Positions 61,900 through 64,000 of a stretch of DNA of 64,000 nt are shown here, in pieces. Under the pieces are notes generated by a model. The model was not told the DNA's origin. It did not search any database and saw nothing but the letters and a program-made list of their open reading frames with translations. The position numbers and the translations under genes are program-made. Each line of letters starts with the position of its first letter. Positions within the stretch are counted from its first letter, which is position 1. Source of the DNA: Nemertoderma westbladi (Eukaryota > Animalia > Xenacoelomorpha); NCBI GenBank assembly GCA_032718475.1, contig JAUCBJ010008623.1, positions 1 to 64,000 on the forward strand, written 5' to 3'.

Positions 61900-62580
61900 T
61901 TCCAGTTCTAGTTATGATAGGGTCGGAAGTAGGAATGTTACGAGCTGCAGTTCCATTATTATTACGTGAGTTGACTGTGTGACAGTATTATCTGTTAGAA
62001 ATCCTTTGGGTAATAATTCGGGTTCAATTTGTCTAATGAATATTCTATTTCGCCAGAGTACACCTGTGGAGTGGAGGTAAACTTTAGTCTGTATAGGCAA
62101 TGATTATTGGAACCAACTACCATGGATAATTTATCCCATCTCCGAGATAATGGATTTTGAACAATGACTGTTGAACCAGGTTGAATACACCCTAAAGGAA
62201 ATGAAGAATGGTCATAATAATACTTTCGTTTTTCAGCAGTTTGTAAACGGTTCTGATCAGCTATATTTGCATCCATCTGCCAATCTGCATCATAGGACCG
62301 CCAATGAGTAGGTATTAAAGATCTGAATGGGTGATCGAAAACGATTGGGCTGGTGATAAACCATCTTGATTAGGCGTATTGCGTAATTCTAGAAGGCCTG
62401 TTAAGAATTCCTGTGAATGGATATCACCGCCTGTTTTGGCTAATAAATAATTAATTTTTTTACATTACTTTCGGCATGTCCGTTTCCTCTTGGTCAGCTC
62501 CCATTTTACTCCCCATTCACTTAGGAAACGCTGCATTTCCTCTGCTTTAAATTGTTGGCCATGATCTGATGTTAAAATGT
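61900..62580 (-). mobile_element. Degenerate Gypsy integrase fragment
   Basis: TSDHGQQF, LRNTP..DGLSPAQ and YYD...PL..PG..V.VQNP.S.RWD parallel the integrase of the 13-19 kb element. Confidence 0.75.
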
Positions 62581-62710
62581 TGTATAGAATTATATTCTCT
62601 AAACGCCGTGGATTTTCAAAATTTTATTTTATTCGAATTAACTTTGTTAAAGATTACATTGAGTCCTCATTTGTATTTGCTATATCTATTCGTACGATGA
62701 TTAGTCAAGT

Positions 62711-62795
62711 GGTTCAGTAGCTCAGTCGGTAGAGCGTTGGAAATTATATGTAGTGTGTATTGAGTTCGAATCCTAGTAGGTGCGAATTATTTTTT
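62711..62795 (+). other. tRNA-like Pol III head (A and B boxes)
   Basis: TAGCTCAGTCGG and GTTCGAATCC (62764-62773), then a T-run; shares GAGTTCGAATCCTAGT with copy A. Confidence 0.7.
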
Positions 62796-62860
62796 GTGCA
62801 GAATTTCAACTCATTTAAATTGACCGCTACAAATTAATTGCATTTGCTCGAGGTAAGATT

Positions 62861-63035
62861 AACCAATGAGACTGTAGTTATTAGATTGTAACCAATGTCG
62901 TACAAGTTATATATTTGCTGGACCAATAGCTATCTTTAAAAACCTGTTAGAACTCATAGAACAATCGAGAATTTTCTCGATTGATTGCGGCACAAATTTG
63001 GTATAAAACCGCGATTTCGTTCATTAGTTATCTCA
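62861..63035 (+). promoter_or_regulatory. Pol II-type promoter: 3 CCAAT boxes, HSE-like array, TATA box
   Basis: CCAAT at about 62863, 62892 and 62923; aGAAc-aATCg-aGAAt-tTTCt (62958-62977); TATAAAA at 63002. Confidence 0.6.
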
Positions 63036-64000
63036 CACACACTCAATTCACTTCAATATCTTTCTTTCTCAGTTACATTATTTCAGATTACATTGTTTAT
63101 TGTATAATAGTTATTGTTTGATTTTGTAATAAAAGTTAGAAATACTTGTCACATCTGCCCTTTTCTATCTGTTTTATCATGCTTCACCACGGTGAACTCA
63201 ACTGAGGGACAGGATGGCTGGCTAGACATCGGGCCGCAGCAATGAACGGGAACGTCTAAGGAATGTAGACAGGAGACAACCCGCAATATCATCTTAGTTA
63301 TTCGCCCATCGCCTGAAAGGTTAGACAGCGTTCGATGCCTTGCTACCTAAGTATAAGACCAAAGATCGAAGGTAGAGGTAGTGACACGCTGTACGCCTAA
63401 AATTACATCTAGGGACTGTACTGTTTTAATTCAGGAAAAACCGCAGTAGACCTTCATATTCCTACGGGGGGGAGAGCAGGCAGAGATACTAGTACGCAGA
63501 TAGGACGTAGGCACACCGGTACAAAGCATACACATTGGTAGGGTGCAGCAAACTGTACGCCTAACTCTTGCTAAGTACAGGTGCGTCTGCGACTATTTGT
63601 AGTACAACGGTGTCCATTGCATTAGAACTTGTAGGCTAGGAGGGTTACTGTGTTTCACCTGAATTAGGATTGTACCGTTCAGGCGGTAGGGCAGTTTACG
63701 ACTAGGCGCAAATAAATTGAGGCTAATTAGGGATACTAACATCTACCGTGTCCCCGCCGACATCCTGATAGGAAGTTACCAAGCCCACCTAGGTAACCAA
63801 AATTCTAGATAGGACGCCAGGCTAGCTATTAGTAACCGTACGCCTACTGTAGTAAACTAACACATTTCTTCTTAGTATTAGGGACCTGGTAAAATAAAAT
63901 TGCCGAATTCTGGGCGTAGCATTAACCTTATGCCTCAATTTGAGTCCTGGAAATACGCAAGAGGGGAAGGAGCCTTATCATTCGTGAGTATTGGACCTAC

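Larger units (their letters stand above)
62691..64000 (+). other. Long non-coding structured element, copy B, truncated by window end
   Basis: Colinear motif homology with 23005-25440. Confidence 0.6.

Noticed and set aside
63200-63400. Group I / lariat-capping ribozyme or RNase P RNA identity for the structured element
   Set aside because: Only short motif resemblances (GGGAACGTCT, GACAACCCGCAATATC); no P3-P7 or P4 pseudoknot is supported in both copies.

Overview
AT-rich eukaryotic (invertebrate animal-like) genomic DNA dominated by transposable elements and tandem repeats. Two partial, convergent spliced host genes are visible: a + strand LRR/Ig/FN3-type single-pass receptor (4 exons, 36.0-50.3 kb) and a - strand muscarinic-like class A GPCR (last 2 exons, 54.8-60.6 kb). 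Mobile elements include a full-length Gypsy LTR element nested in a CRE-like non-LTR element, an apparently intact two-ORF LINE, several RTE fragments, a Penelope GIY-YIG remnant and MITEs. Three observations stand out. (1) Two highly diverged copies (about 23.0-26.4 kb and 62.7 kb to the window end) of a long non-coding element share a tRNA-like Pol III head, three CCAAT boxes, a heat-shock-element-like array, a TATA box and over 1 kb of colinear motifs with compensatory stems. (2) A 412-bp tandem repeat fuses a tRNA-derived head to a minimal type I hammerhead ribozyme, in sense orientation inside the GPCR intron. (3) A roughly 4-kb satellite of 40-bp units appears to be an amplified exon/intron splice-donor junction. 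All calls were made by eye, without database searches, and family assignments are provisional.
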